Part shown: in pieces, positions 1-15,000 of the stretch
Numbering within the stretch: position 1 is the first letter of the stretch
Layout: the number at the start of each line of letters is the position of its first letter
Translations under genes and position numbers: made by a program
The notes under the pieces: generated by a model
Databases searched by the model: none
Told to the model about the DNA's origin: nothing
Seen by the model: the letters and a program-made list of their open reading frames with translations, nothing else
Origin: Eledone cirrhosa
Lineage: Eukaryota
Assembly: GCA_964016885.1 (NCBI GenBank)
Contig: OZ024741.1
Coordinates: 6,076,001-6,140,000, forward strand
DNA: 64,000 bases
Direction: 5' to 3'

Positions 1-3000
1 ATAACAGAGGAGTGTGTGATATAGCAGAAGCATGTGATATAGCAGAGGTGTGTGTGATATAGCAGAGGTGTGTGTGTGATATAGCAGAGCTGTGTGTAAT
101 ATGCCAGAGGTGTGTGTGATATAGCAGATGTGTGTGTGATATAGCAGGAGTGTGTGTGATATAGCAGAGGTGAGTGATATAGCAGAGGTGTGTGATATAG
201 CAGGTGTGTGTGATATAGCAGAGGTGTGTGTGATATGGCAGAGGTGTGTGATATGGCTGAGGTGTGTGTGATAAAACAGAGGTGTGTGTGATATAGCAGA
301 GGTGTGTGTGATATAGCAGAGGTGTGTGTGATATAGCAGGAGTGTGTGTGATATAGCAGAGATGTGTGATATAACAGACGTGTGTGTGATATAACAGAGG
401 AGTGTGTGATATAGCAGAAGCGTGTGATATAGCAGAGGTGTGTGTGATATAGCAGAGGTGTGTGTGATATAGCAGAGGTGTGTGTGATATGGCAGAGGTG
501 TGTGATATGGCAGAGGTGTGTGTGATGTAGCAGAGGTGAGTGATATAGCAGAGGTGTGTGATATAGCAGGTGTGTGTGATATAGCAGAGGTGTGTGTGAT
601 ATGTCAGAGGTGTGTGTGATATGGCAGAGGTGTGTGTTATATAGCAGAGGTGTGTGTGATATGGCAGAGGTGTGTGTGATATAACAGAGGTGTGTGATAT
701 AGCAGGTGTGTGTGTGATATGTCAGAGGTGTGTGTGATATAACAGAGGTGTGTGATATAGCAGAGGTGTGTGTGACATGGCATAGGTGTGTGTGATATAG
801 CAGAGGTGTGTGATATAGCAGAGGTGTGTGTGGTATAGCAAAGATGTGTGATATAACAAACGTGTGTGATATATCAGAGGTGTGTATGATATGGCAGAGG
901 TGTGTATGATATGGCAGAGGTGAGTGATATAGCAGAGGTGTGTGATATAGCAGATGTGTGTGTGATATGGCAGGTGTGTGTGATATAGCAGAGGTGTGTG
1001 TGATATGGAAGGTGTGTGTGATATAGCAGAGGTGTGTGATATAGCAGAGGTGTGTGTGATATAGCAGAGGTGTGTATGATATGGCAGAGATGTGTGTGAT
1101 ATAGCAGAGGTGTGTGATATAGCAGAGGTCTGTGGGATATAGCAGAGGTGTCTGATATCGCAGAGGTGTGTGTGATATAGCAGGTGTGTGTGATATAGCA
1201 GAGGTGTGTGTGATATAGCAGAGATGTATGTGATATGGCAGAGGTGTGTGTGATACAGCAGAGGTTTGTGATATAGCAGAGGTGTGTGTCATATGGCAGA
1301 GCTGTGTGTGATATAGCAGGGGTGTGTGATATAGCAGAGGTGTGTGTGATATAGCAGTGGTGTGTGATATAGCAGAGGTGTGTGTGATATAGCAGAGATG
1401 TGTGATATAACAGACGTGTGTGTGATATAACAGAGGAGTGTGTGATATAGCAGAAGCATGTGATATAGCAGAGGTGTGTGTGATATAGCAGAGCTGTGTG
1501 TAATATGGCAGAGGTGTGTGTGATATAGCAGATGTGTGTGTGATATAGCAGGAGTGTGTGTGATATAGCAGAGGTGAGTGATATAGCAGAGGTGTGTGAT
1601 ATAGCAGGTGTGTGTGATATAGCAGAGGTGTGTGTGATATGGCAGAGGTGTGTGATATGGCTGAGGTGTGTGTGATATAACAGAGGTGTGTGTGATATAG
1701 CAGAGGTGTGTGTGATATAGCAGAGGTGTGTGTGATATAGCAGGAGTGTGTGTGATATAGCAGAGATGTGTGATATAACAGACGTGTGTGTGATATAACA
1801 GAGGAGTGTGTGATATAGCAGAAGCGTGTGATATAGCAGAGGTGTGTGTGATATAGCAGAGGTATGTGTGATATAGCAGAGCTGTGTGTAATATGGCAGA
1901 GGGGTGTGTGATATAGCAGAGGTGTGTGTGATATAGCAGGAGTGTGTGATATAGCAGAGGTGTGTGATATAGCAGAGGTGTGTGTGATATATCAGGGGTG
2001 TGTGTGATATGGCAGAGGTGTGTGATATGGCAGAGGTGTGTGTGATATAGCAGAGGTGAGTGATATAGCAGAGGTGTGTGATATAGCAGGTGTGTGTGAT
2101 ATAGCAGAGGTGTGTGTGATATGTCAGAGGTGTGTGTGATATGGCAGAGGTGTGTGTGATATAGCAGAGGTGTGTGTGATAAGGCAGAGGTGTGTGTGAT
2201 ATAACAGAGGTGTGTGATATAGCAGGTGTGTGTGTGATATGTCAGAGGTGTGTGTGATATAACAGAGGTGTGTGATATAGCAGAGGTGTGTGTGACATGG
2301 CATAGGTGTGTGTGATATAGCAGAGGTGTGTGATATAGCAGAGCTATGTGTGGTATAGCAAAGATGTGTGATATAACAAACGTGTGTGATATAGCAGAGG
2401 TGTGTATGATATGGCAGAGGTGTGTATGATATGGCAGAGGTGAGTGATATAGCAGAGGTGTGTGATATAGCAAAGTTGTGTGTATAGCAGAGGTGTGTGA
2501 TATAGCAGAGATGTGTGTGATATAGCAGAGGTGTGTGATATGGCAGAGGTGTGTGATATGGCAGAGGAGTGTGTGATATAGCAGAGGAGTGTGTGATATA
2601 GCAGATGTGTGTGATATAGCATAGGTGTGTGATATAGCAGAGGTGTGTGTGATATGGCAGAGGTGTGTGTGATATAACAGAGGTGTGTGATATAGCAGAG
2701 GTGTGTGTGATATGGCAGAGGTGTGTGTGATATAACAGAGGTGTGTGAAATAGCAGAGATGTGTGTGATATGGCAGAGGTGTGTGTGATATAGCAGAGGT
2801 GTGTGATATAGCAGAGGTGTGTGTGATATAGCAGAGATGTGTGATATAACAGACGTGTGTGTGATATAGAAGAGGTGTGTGATATAGCAGAGGTGTGTGT
2901 GATATAGCAGATATGTGTGATATAACAGACGTGTGTGTGATATGGCAGAGGTGTGTGTAATATAGCAGAGGTGAGAGATATAGCAGAGGTGTGCGATATA

Positions 3001-6000
3001 GCAAAGGTGGGTGATATAGCAGAGGTGTGTGTGATATGGCAGAGGTGTGTGTGATATAGCTGAGCTGTGTGATATAGAAGAGGTGTGAGATATAGCAGAT
3101 GTGTGTGTGATGTAGCAGAGTTGTGTGATATAGCAGAGGTGGGTGTGATATGGCAGAGATGTGTGTGATATGGCAGAGGTGTGTTTGATATAGCAGAGAT
3201 GTGCGTGATATAGCAGAGGTGTGTGATATAGCAGAGGTGTGTGTGATATGGCAGGTGTGTGTGATATAGCAGAGGTGTGTGATATGGCAGATGAGTGTGT
3301 GATATAGCAGAGGTGCGTATGATATAGCAGAGGTGTGTGTGATATAGCAGACGTGTGTGTGATATGGCAGACGTGTGTGTGATATAGCAGAGGTGCGTGT
3401 GATATAGCAGAGGTGCGTGTGATATAGCAGAGGTGTGTGTGATATAGCAGAGGTGTGTGATATAGCAGGTATGTTTGATATAGCAGAGGTGTGTGTGATA
3501 TAGCAGAAGTGTGTGATATAGCAGAGGTGTGTGATATAGCAGGTGCCTGTGATATAGCAGAGGTGTGTGTGATATAGCAGATGTGTGTGATATAGCAGAG
3601 GTGTGTGATATAGGAGAGGTGCGTGTGATATGGCAGGTGTGTGTGATATAGCAGAAGTGTGTGATATAGCAGAGGTGTGTGATATAGCATAGGTGTGTGT
3701 GATGTAGCAGAGGTGTGTGTGATATAGCAGAAGTGTGTGTGATATACCAGATGTGTGTGATATAGTAGAGGTGTGTGTGATATAGCAGAGGTGTGTGTGA
3801 TATAGCAGAGGTGTGTGATATAGCAGAGGTGTGTGTGATGTAGCAGAGCTGTGTGTGATATAGCAGAGGTGTGTGATATAGTAGAGGTGTGTGTGATATA
3901 GCAGAGGTGTGTGTGATATAGCAGAGATGTGTGATATAGCAGAGGTGTGTGATATGGCAGAGGTGCGTGATATGGCAGAGGTGTGTGTGATATAGCAGAG
4001 GTGTGTGTGATGTAGCAGAGCTGTGTGTGATATAGCAGAGGTGTGTGTGATATAGCAGAGGTGTGTAATATAGCAGAGGTGTGTGTGATATAACAGAGGT
4101 GTGTGTAATATAGCAGAGGTGTGTGTGATATAGCAGAGGTGTGTGATATGGCAGAGGTGCGTGATATGGCAGAGGTGTGTGTGATATGGCAGAGGTGTGT
4201 GTGATATAGCAGAGGTGTGTGATATAGCAGAGGTGTGTGTGATATAGCAGAGGTGTGTGTGATATAACAGACGTGTGTGTGATATAGCAGAAGTGCGTGA
4301 TATAGCAGAGGTGTGTGATATGGCAGAGGTGCATGATATGGCAGACGTGTGTGTTATATGGCAGAGGTGTGTGTGATATAGCAGAGGTGTGTGTGATATG
4401 GCAGAGGTGTGTGTGATATAACAGAGGTGTGTGATATAGCAGGTGTGTGTGATATGTCAGAGGTGTGTGTGATATAACAGAGGTGTGTGATATAGCAGAG
4501 GTGTGTGTGATATGGCATAGGTGTGTGTGATATAGCAGAGGTGTGTGATATAGCAGAGGTGTGTGTGGTATAGCAAAGATGTGTGATATGACAAACGTGT
4601 GTGTGATATAGCAGAGGTGTGTATTATATGGCAGAGGTGTGTATGATATGGCAGAGGTGAGTGATATAGCAGAGGTGTGTCATATAGCAAAGTTGTGTGT
4701 ATAGCAGAGGTGTGTGATATAACAGAAATGTGTGTGATATAGCAGAGGTGTGTGATATGGCAGAGGTGTGTGATATGGCAGAGGAGTGTGTGATATAGCA
4801 GAGGTGTGTGTGATATAGCAGAGGTGTGTGTGATATAGCAGAGGTGTGTGATATAGCATAGGTGTGTGATATAGCAGAGGTGTGTGTGATATGGCAGAGG
4901 TGTGTGTGATATAACAGAGGTGTGTGATATAGCAGAGGTGTGTGTGATATGGCAGAGGTCTGTGTGATATAACAGAGGTGTGTGAAATAGCAGAGATGTG
5001 TGTGATATGGCAGAGGTGTGTGTGATATAGCAGAGGTGTGTGATATAGCAGAGGTGTATGTGATATAGCAGAGATGTGTGATATAACAGACGTGTGTGTG
5101 ATATAGAAGAGGTGTGTGATATAGCAGAGGTGTGTGTAATATAGCAGAGATGTGTGATATAACAGACGTGTGTGTGATATGGCAGAAGTGTGTGTAATAT
5201 AGCAGAGGTGAGTGATATAGCAGAGGTGTGCGATATAGCAAAGTTGTGTGATATAGCAGAGGTGTGTGTGATATGGCAGAGGTGTGTGTGATATAGCTGA
5301 GCTGTGTGATATAGCAGAGGTGTGAGATATAGCAGATGTGTGTGTGATGTCGCAGAGATGTGTGTGATATAGCAGAGTTGTATGATATAGCAGAGGTGTG
5401 TGTGATATGGCAGAGATGTGTGTGATATGGCAGAGGTGTTTTTGATATAGCAGAGGTGTGTGTGATATAGCAGAGGTGTGTGATATAGCAGAGGTGTGTG
5501 TGATATGGCAGGTGTGTGTGATATAGCAGAGGTGTGTGATATGGCAGATGAGTGTGTGATATAGCAGAGGTGCGTATGATATAGCAGAGGTGTGTATGAT
5601 ATAGCAGACGTATGTGTGATATGGCAGAGGTGTGTTTGATATAGCAGAGGTGTGTGTGATATAGCAGAGGTGTCTGTGATATGGCAGAGGTGTGTGTGAT
5701 ATAGCATAGCTGTGTGTGATATGTCAGAGGTGTGTGTGATATAGCAGAGGTGCGTGTGATATAGTAGAGGTGCGTGTGATATAGCAGAGGTGTGTGATAT
5801 AGCAGAGGTGTGTGATATAGCAGAGGTGTGTGATATAGCAGGTGTGTGTGATATAGCAGAAGTGTGTGATATAGCAGAGGTGTGTGATATAGCAGAGGTG
5901 TGTGATATAGCAGGTGTGTGTGATATAGCAGGTGCGTGTGCTATGGCAGGTGTGTGTGCTATGACAGGTGTGTGTGATATAGCAGAAGTGTGTGATATAG

Positions 6001-9000
6001 CAGAGGTGTGTGTGATATAGCAGAGGTGTGTGATATAGCAGAGGTGTGTGATATAGCAGGTGTGTGTGATATAGCAATGGTGTGTGATATAGCAGAGGTG
6101 TGTAATATAGCAGAGGTGTGTGTGATATAGCAGAGGTGTGTGATATGGCAGAGGTGTGTGTGATATAGTAGAGGTGTGTGATATAGCAGATGTGTGTGTG
6201 ATGTAGCAGAGGTGTGTGATATAGCAGAGGTGTGTGTGATATAGCAGAGGTGTGTGATATGGCAGAGGTGTGTGTTATATGGCAGAGGTGTGTGTTATAT
6301 GACAGAGGTGTGTGTGATATGGCAGAGGTGTGTGTGATATAGCAGAGGTGTGTGTGATATGGCAGAGGTGTGTGTGATATAGCAGAGGTGTGTGATATAG
6401 CAGAGGTGTGTGTGATATAGCAGATGTGTGTGATATAGCAGAGGTGTGTGATATGGCAGAGGTGCATATGATATAGCAGAGGTGCATTTGATATAGCAGA
6501 GGTGTGTGTGATATATCAGAAGTGTGTGATATAGCAGAGGTGTGTGTGATATAGCAGAAGTGTGTGATATAGCAGAGGTGTGTGATATAGCAGGTGTGTG
6601 TGATATAGCAGAGGTGTGTGTGATATAGCAAAAGTGTGTGATATAGCAGAGGTGTGTGATATAGCAGGTGTGTGTGATATAGCAGAGGTGTGTGTGATAT
6701 AGCAGAGGTGTGTAATATAGCAGAGGTGTGTGTGATATAACAGAGGTGTGTGTGATATAGCAGAGGTGTGTGTGATATAGCAGAGGTGTGTGATATGGCA
6801 GAGGTGCGTGATATGGCAGAGGTGTGTGTGATATGGCAGAGGTGTGTGTGATATAGCAGAGGTGTGTGATATAGCAGAGGTGTGTGTGATATAGCAGAGG
6901 TGTGTGTGATATAACAGACGTGTGTGTGATATAGCAGAAGTGCGTAATATAGCAGAGGTGTGTGATATGGCAGAGGTGCATGATATGGCAGACGTGTGTG
7001 TTATATGGCAGAGGTGTGTGTGATATAGCAGAGGTGTGTGTGATATGGCAGAGGTGTGTGTGATATAACAGAGGTGTGTGATATAGCAGGTGTGTGTGAT
7101 ATGCCAGAGGTGTGTGTGATATAACAGAGGTGTGTGATATAGCAGAGGTGTGTGTGATATGGCATAGGTGTGTGTGATATAGCAGAGGTGTGTGATATAG
7201 CAGAGGTGTGTGTGGTATAGCAAAGATGTGTGATATGACAAACGTGTGTGTGATATAGCAGAGGTGTGTATTATATGGCAGAGGTGTGTATGATATGGCA
7301 GAGGTGAGTGATATAGCAGAGGTGTGTCATATAGCAAAGTTGTGTGTATAGCAGAGGTGTGTGATATAACAGAAATGTGTGTGATATAGCAGAGGTGTGT
7401 GATATGGCAGAGGTGTGTGATATGGCAGAGGAGTGTGTGATATAGCAGAGGTGTGTGTGATATAGCAGAGGTGTGTGTGATATAGCAGAGGTGTGTGATA
7501 TAGCATAGGTGTGTGATATAGCAGAGGTGTGTGTGATATGGCAGAGGTGTGTGTGATATAACAGAGGTGTGTGATATAGCAGAGGTGTGTGTGATATGGC
7601 AGAGGTCTGTGTGATATAACAGAGGTGTGTGAAATAGCAGAGATGTGTGTGATATGGCAGAGGTGTGTGTGATATAGCAGAGGTGTGTGATATAGCAGAG
7701 GTGTATGTGATATAGCAGAGATGTGTGATATAACAGACGTGTGTGTGATATAGAAGAGGTGTGTGATATAGCAGAGGTGTGTGTAATATAGCAGAGATGT
7801 GTGATATAACAGACGTGTGTGTGATATGGCAGAAGTGTGTGTAATATAGCAGAGGTGAGTGATATAGCAGAGGTGTGCGATATAGCAAAGTTGTGTGATA
7901 TAGCAGAGGTGTGTGTGATATGGCAGAGGTGTGTGTGATATAGCTCAGCTGTGTGATATAGCAGAGGTGTGAGATATAGCAGATGTGTGTGTGATGTCGC
8001 AGAGATGTGTGTGATATAGCAGAGTTGTATGATATAGCAGAGGTGTGTGTGATATGGCAGAGATGTGTGTGATATGGCAGAGGTGTGTTTGATATAGCAG
8101 AGGTGTGTGTGATATAGCAGAGGTGTGTGATATAGCAGAGGTGTGTGTGATATGGCAGGTGTGTGTGATATAGCAGAGGTGTGTGATATGGCAGATGAGT
8201 GTGTGATATAGCAGAGGTGCGTATGATATAGCAGAGGTGTGTGTGATATAGCAGACGTATGTGTGATATGGCAGAGGTGTGTTTGATATAGCAGAGGTGT
8301 GTGTGATATAGCAGAGGTGTCTGTGATATGGCAGAGGTGTGTGTGATATAGCATAGCTGTGTGTGATATGTCAGAGGTGTGTGTGATATAGCAGAGGTGC
8401 GTGTGATATAGTAGAGGTGCGTGTGATATAGCAGAGGTGTGTGATATAGCAGAGGTGTGTGATATAGCAGAGGTGTGTGATATAGCAGGTGTGTGTGATA
8501 TAGCAGAAGTGTGTGATATAGCAGAGGTGTGTGATATAGCAGAGGTGTGTGATATAGCAGGTGTGTGTGATATAGCAGGTGCGTGTGCTATGGCAGGTGT
8601 GTGTGCTATGACAGGTGTGTGTGATATAGCAGAAGTGTGTGATATAGCAGAGGTGTGTGTGATATAGCAGAGGTGTGTGATATAGCAGAGGTGTGTGATA
8701 TAGCAGGTGTGTGTGATATAGCAATGGTGTGTGATATAGCAGAGGTGTGTAATATAGCAGAGGTGTGTGTGATATAGCAGAGGTGTGTGATATGGCAGAG
8801 GTGTGTGTGATATAGTAGAGGTGTGTGATATAGCAGATGTGTGTGTGATGTAGCAGAGGTGTGTGATATAGCAGAGGTGTGTGTGATATAGGAGAGGTGT
8901 GTGATATGGCAGAGGTGTGTGTTATATGGCAGAGGTGTGTGTTATATGACAGAGGTGTGTGTGATATGGCAGAGGTGTGTGTGATATAGCAGAGGTGTGT

Positions 9001-12000
9001 GTGATATGGCAGAGGTGTGTGTGATATAGCAGAGGTGTGTGATATAGCAGAGGTGTGTGTGATATAGCAGATGTGTGTGATATAGCAGAGGTGTGTGATA
9101 TGGCAGAGGTGCATATGATATAGCAGAGGTGCATTTGATATAGCAGAGGTGTGTGTGATATATCAGAAGTGTATGATATAGCAGAGGTGTGTGTGATATA
9201 GCAGAAGTGTGTGATATAGCAGAGGTATGTGATATAGCAGGTGTGTGTGATATAGCAGAGGTGTGTGTGATATAGCAAAAGTGTGTGATATAGCAGAGGT
9301 GTGTGATATAGCAGGTGTGTGTGATATAGCAGAGGTGTGTGATATAGCATAGGTGCGTGTGATATGGCAGGTGTGTGTGATATAGCAGAGGTGTGTGATA
9401 TAGCAGAGGTGTGTGTGATATAGCAGAAGTGTGTGATATAGCAGAGGTGTGTGATATAGCAGGTATGTGTGATATAGCAGAGGTGTGTGTGATGTAGCAG
9501 AGCTGTGTGTGATATAGCAGAGTGTGTGATATAGCAGAGGTGTGTGATATAGCAGAGGTGTCTGTGATATAGCAGAGGTGTGTGTGATATAACAGAGGTG
9601 TGTGTGATATAGCAGAAGTGTGTGATATAGCAGGTGTGTGTGTGATATGTCAGAGGTGTGTGTGATATAACAGAGGTGTGTGATATAGCAGAGGTGTGTG
9701 TGATATGGCATAGGTGTGTGTGTTATAGCAGAGGTGTGTATTATATGGCAGAGGTGTGTATGATATGGCAGAGGTGAGTGATATAGCAGAGGTGTGTGAT
9801 ATAGCAAAGTTGTGTGTATAGCAGAGGTGTGTGATATAGCAGAGATGTGTGTGATATAGCAGAGGTGTGTGATATGGCAGAGGAGTGTGTGATATAGCAG
9901 AGGTGTGTGATATAGCATAGGTGTGTGATATAGCAGAGGTGTGTGTGATATGGCAGAGGTGTGTGTGATATAACAGAGGTGTGTGATATAGCAGAGGTGT
10001 GTGTGATATGGCAGAGGTCTGTGTGATATAACAGAGGTGTGTGAAATAGCAGAGATGTGTGTGATATGGCAGAGGTGTGTGTGATATAGCAGAGGTGTGC
10101 GATATAGCAGAGGTGTATGTGATATAGCAGAGATGTGTGATATAACAGACGTGTGTGTGATATAGAAGAGGTGTGTGATATAGCAGGGGTGTGTGTAATA
10201 TAGCAGAGATGTGTGATATAACAGACGTGTGTGTGATATGGCAGAAGTGTGTGTAATATAGCAGAGGTGAGTGATATAGCAGAGGTGTGCGATATAGCAA
10301 AGTTGTGTGATATAGCAGAGGTGTGTGTGATATGGCAGAGGTGTGTGTGATATAGCTGAGCTGTGTGATATAGCAGAGGTGTGAGATATAGCAGATGTGT
10401 GTGTGATGTAGCAGTGATGTGTGTGATATAGCAGAGTTGTATGATTTAGCAGAGGTGTGTGTGATATGGCAGAGATGTGTGTGATATGGCAGAGGTGTGT
10501 TTGATATAGCAGAGGTGTGTGTGATATAGCAGAGGTGTGTGATATAGCTGAGGTGTGTGTGATATGGCAGGTGTGTGTGATAAAGCAGAGGTGTGCGATA
10601 TGGCAGATGAGTGTGTGATATAGCAGAGGTGCGTATGATATAGCAGAGGTGTGTGTGATATAGCAGACGTATGTGTGATATGGCAGAGGTGTGTTTGATA
10701 TAGCAGAGGTGTGTGTGATATAGCAGAGGTGTCTGTGATATGGCAGAGGTGTGTGTGATATAGCATAGCTGTGTGTGATATGGCAGAGGTGTGTGTGATA
10801 TAGCAGAGGTGCGTGTGATATAGTAGAGGTGCGTGTGATATAGCAGAGGTGTGTGATATAGCAGAGGTGTGTGATATAGCAGAGGTGTGTGATATAGCAG
10901 GTGTGTGTGATATAGCAGAAGTGTGTGATATAGCAGAGGTGTGTGATATAGCAGAGGTGCCTGATATAGCAGAGGTGTGTGATATAGCAGGTGTGTGTGA
11001 TATAGCAGGTGCGTGTGCTATGGCAGGTGTGTGTGCTATGGCAGGTGTGTGTGATATAGCAGAACTGTGTGATATAGCAGAGGTGTGTGTGATATAGCAG
11101 AGGTGTGTGATATAGCAGAGGTGTGTGATATAGCAGAGGTGTGTGATATAGCAGGTGTGTGTGATATAGCAGAAGTGTGTGATATAGCAGAGGTGTGTGA
11201 TATAGCAGAGGTGCGTGATATAGCAGAGGTGTGTGATATAGCAGGTGTGTGTGATATAGCAGGTGCGTGTGCTATGGCAGGTGTGTGTGCTATGGCAGGT
11301 GTGTGTGATATAGCAGAAGTGTGTGATATAGCAGAGGTGTGTGTGATATAGCAGAGGTGTGTGATATAGCAGAGGTGTGTGATATGGCAGAGGTGCGTAT
11401 GATATAGCAGAGGTGCGTTTGATATAGCAGAGGTGTGTCTGATATGGCAGAGGTGTGTGTGATATAGCTGAGCTGTGTGATATAGCAGAGGTGTGAGATA
11501 TAGCAGCTGTGTGTGTGATGTAGCAGTGATGTGTGTGATATAGCAGAGTTGTGTGATATAGCAGAGAAGTGTGTGATATGGCAGAGATATGTGTGATATG
11601 GCAGAGGTGTGTTTGATATAGCAGAGGTGTGTGTGATATAGCAGAGGTGTGTGATATAGCAGAGGTGTGTGTGATATAGCAGAGGTGCGTATGATATAGC
11701 AGAGGTGTGTGTAATATAACAGACGTATGTGTGATATAGCAGAGGTGTGTGATATAGCAGAGGTGTGTGATATAGCAGAGGTGTGTGATATAGCAGGTGT
11801 GTGTGTTATAGCAGGTGCGTCTGCTATGGCAGGTGTGTGTAATATGGCAGGTGTGGGTGATATAGCAGAAGTGTGTGATATAGCAGAGGTGTGTGTGATA
11901 TAGCAGAGGTGTGTGATATAGCAGAGGTGTGTGATATAGCAGGTGTGTGTGATATAGCAGTGGTGTGTGATATAGCAGAGGTGTGTGTGATATAGCAGAG

Positions 12001-15000
12001 GTGTGTGATATGGCAGAGGTGTGTGTGATATAGTAGGGGTGTGTGATATAGCAGATGTGTGTGTGATGTAGCAGAGGTGTGTGATATAGCAGAGGTGTGT
12101 GTGATATAGCAGAGGTGTGTGATATGGCAGAGGTGTGTGTGTGATATAGCAGAGTTGTGTGATATAGCAGATGTGTGTGTGATGTAGCAGAGGTGTTTGA
12201 TATAGCAGAGGTGTGTGTGATATAGCAGAGGTGTGTGATATAGCAGAGGTGTGTGATATAGCAGGTGTGTGTGATATAGCAGTGGTGTGTGATGTAGCAG
12301 AGGTGTGTAATATAGCAGAGGTGTGTGTGATATAGCAAAGGTGTGTGATATGGCAGAGGTGTGTGTGTGATATAGCAGAGGTGTGTGATATAGTAGATGT
12401 GTGTGTGATGTAGCAGAGGTGTTTGATATAGCAGAGGTGTGTGTGATATAGCAGAGGTGTGTGAAATGGCAGAGGTGTGTGTTATATGGCAGAGGTGTGT
12501 GTTATATGGCAGAGGTGTGTGTGATATGGCAGAGGTGTGTGTGATATAGCAGAGGTGTGTGTGATATGGCAGAGGTGTGTGTGATATAGCAGCGGTGTGT
12601 GATATAGCAGAGGTGTGTGTGATATAGCAGATGTGTGTGATATAGCAGAAGTGTGTGATATGGCAGAGGTGCGTATGATATAGCAGAGGTGCGTTTGATA
12701 TAGCAGAGGTATGTGTGATATATCAGAAGTGTGTGATATAGCAGAGTTGTGTGTGATATAGCAGAAGTGTGTGATATAGCAGAGGTGTGTGATATAGCAG
12801 GTGTGTTGATATAGCAGAGGTGTGTGTGATATAGCAAAAGTGTGTGATATAGCAGAGGTGTGTGATATAGCAGGTGTGTGTGATATAGCAGAGGTGTGTG
12901 ATATAGCATAGGTGCGTGTGATAAGGCAGGTGTGTGTGATATAGCAGAGGTGTGTGATATAGCAGAAGTGTGTGTGATATAGCAGAGGTGTGTGTGATAT
13001 GGCAGAGGTGTGTGTGATATGGCAGAGGTGTGTGTGATATAGCAGAGGTGTGTGATATAGCAGAGGTGTGTGTGATGTAACAGTGATGTGTGTGATATAG
13101 CAGAAGTGTGTGATATAGCAGAGGTGTGTGATATAGCAGGTGCGTGTGATATAGCAGAGGTGTGTGTGATATAGCAGATGTGTGTGATATAGCAGAGGTG
13201 TGTGATATAGCAGAGCTGTGTGTGATATAGCAGAAGTGTGTTTGATATAGCAGATGTGTGTGATATGGCAGAGGTGTGTGTGATATAGCAGAGGTGTGTG
13301 TGATATGGCAGAGGTGTGTGTTATATGGCAGAGGTGTGTGTGATAAAGCAGAGGAGTGTGATATAGCAGAGGTGTGTGATATGGCAGAGGTGTGTGATAT
13401 GGCAGAGGTGTGTGATATGGCAGATGTGTGTGTGATATAGCAGAGCTGTGTGTGATATGGCAGAGGTGTGTGTGATATAGCAGAGGTGTGTGATATAGCA
13501 GAGATGTGTGTGATATAGCAGATGTGTGTGATATAGCAGAGGTGTGTGATATGGCAGACGTGCGTATGATATAGCAGAGGTGCATTTGATATAGCAGAGG
13601 TTTTTGTGATATTTCAGAAGTGTGTGATATAGCAGAGGTGTGTGTCATATAGCAGAAGTGTGTGATATAGCAGAGGTGCGTGTGATATAGCGGAGGTGTG
13701 TGTGATATAGCAGGTGTGTGTGATATAGCAGAGGTGTGTGATATAGCAGAGGTGCCTGTGATATGGCAGGTGTGTGTGATATAGCAGAGGTGTGTGATAT
13801 AGCAGAGGTGCGTGTGATATAGCAGAGGTCTGTGATATAGCAGAGGTGTGTGTGATGTAGCAGAGCTGTGTGTGATATAGCAGAGGTGTGTGATATGGCA
13901 GAGGTGTGTGATATAGCAGAGGTGTGTGTGATATGGCAGAGGTGTGTGTGATATGGCAGAGGTGTGTGTGATATGGCAGAGGTGTGTGTGATATAGCAGA
14001 GGTGTGTGATATGGCAGAGGTGTGTGTGATATAGCAGAGGTGTGTGTGATATGGCAGAGGTGTGTGTGATATAGCGGAGGTGTGTGTGATATAGCAGGTG
14101 TGTGTGATATAGCAGAGGTGTGTGATATAGCAGAGGTGCGTGTGATATGGCAGGTGTGTGTGATATAGCAGAGCTGTGTGTGATATGGCAGAGATGTGTG
14201 TGATATAGCAGAGGTGTGTGATATGGCAGAGATGTGTCTGATATGGCAGAGGTGTGTGTGATATAGCAGAGGTGTGTGATATAGCAGAGGTGTGTGTGAT
14301 ATAACAGAGGTGTGTGTGATATAGCAGAAGTGTGTGATATAACAGAGGTGCGTGATATGGCAGAGGTGTGTGTGATATGGCAGAGGTGTGTGTGATATAG
14401 CAGAGGTGTGTGTGATATGGCAGAAGTGTGTGTGATATAACAGAGGTGTGTGATATAGCAGGTGTGTGTGTGATATGTCAGAGGTGTGTGTGATATAACA
14501 GAGGTGTGTGATATAGCAGAGGTGTGTGTGATATGGCATAGGTGTGTGTAATATAGCAGAGGTGTGTATGATATGGCAGAGGTGTGTGTGATATAACAGA
14601 GGTGTGTGTGATATAGCAGAAGTGTGTGATATAGCAGAGGTGCGTGATATAGCAGAGGTGAGTGATATAGCAGAGGTCTGTGGGATATAGCAGAGGTGTG
14701 TCATATAGCAAAGTTGTGTGTATAGCAGAGGTGTGTGATATAGCAGAGATGTGTGTGATATAGCAGAGGTGTGTGATATGGCAGAGGTGTGTGATATGGC
14801 AGAGGAGTGTGTGATATAGCAGAGGTGTGTGTGATATAGCAGAGGTGTGTGTGATATAGCAGAGGTGTGTGATATAGCATAGGTGTGTGATATAGCAGAG
14901 GTGTGTGTGATATGGCAGAGGTGTGTGTGATATAACAGAGGTGTGTGAAATAGCAGAGTTGTGTGTGATATGGCAGAGGTGTGTGTGATATAGCAGAGGT

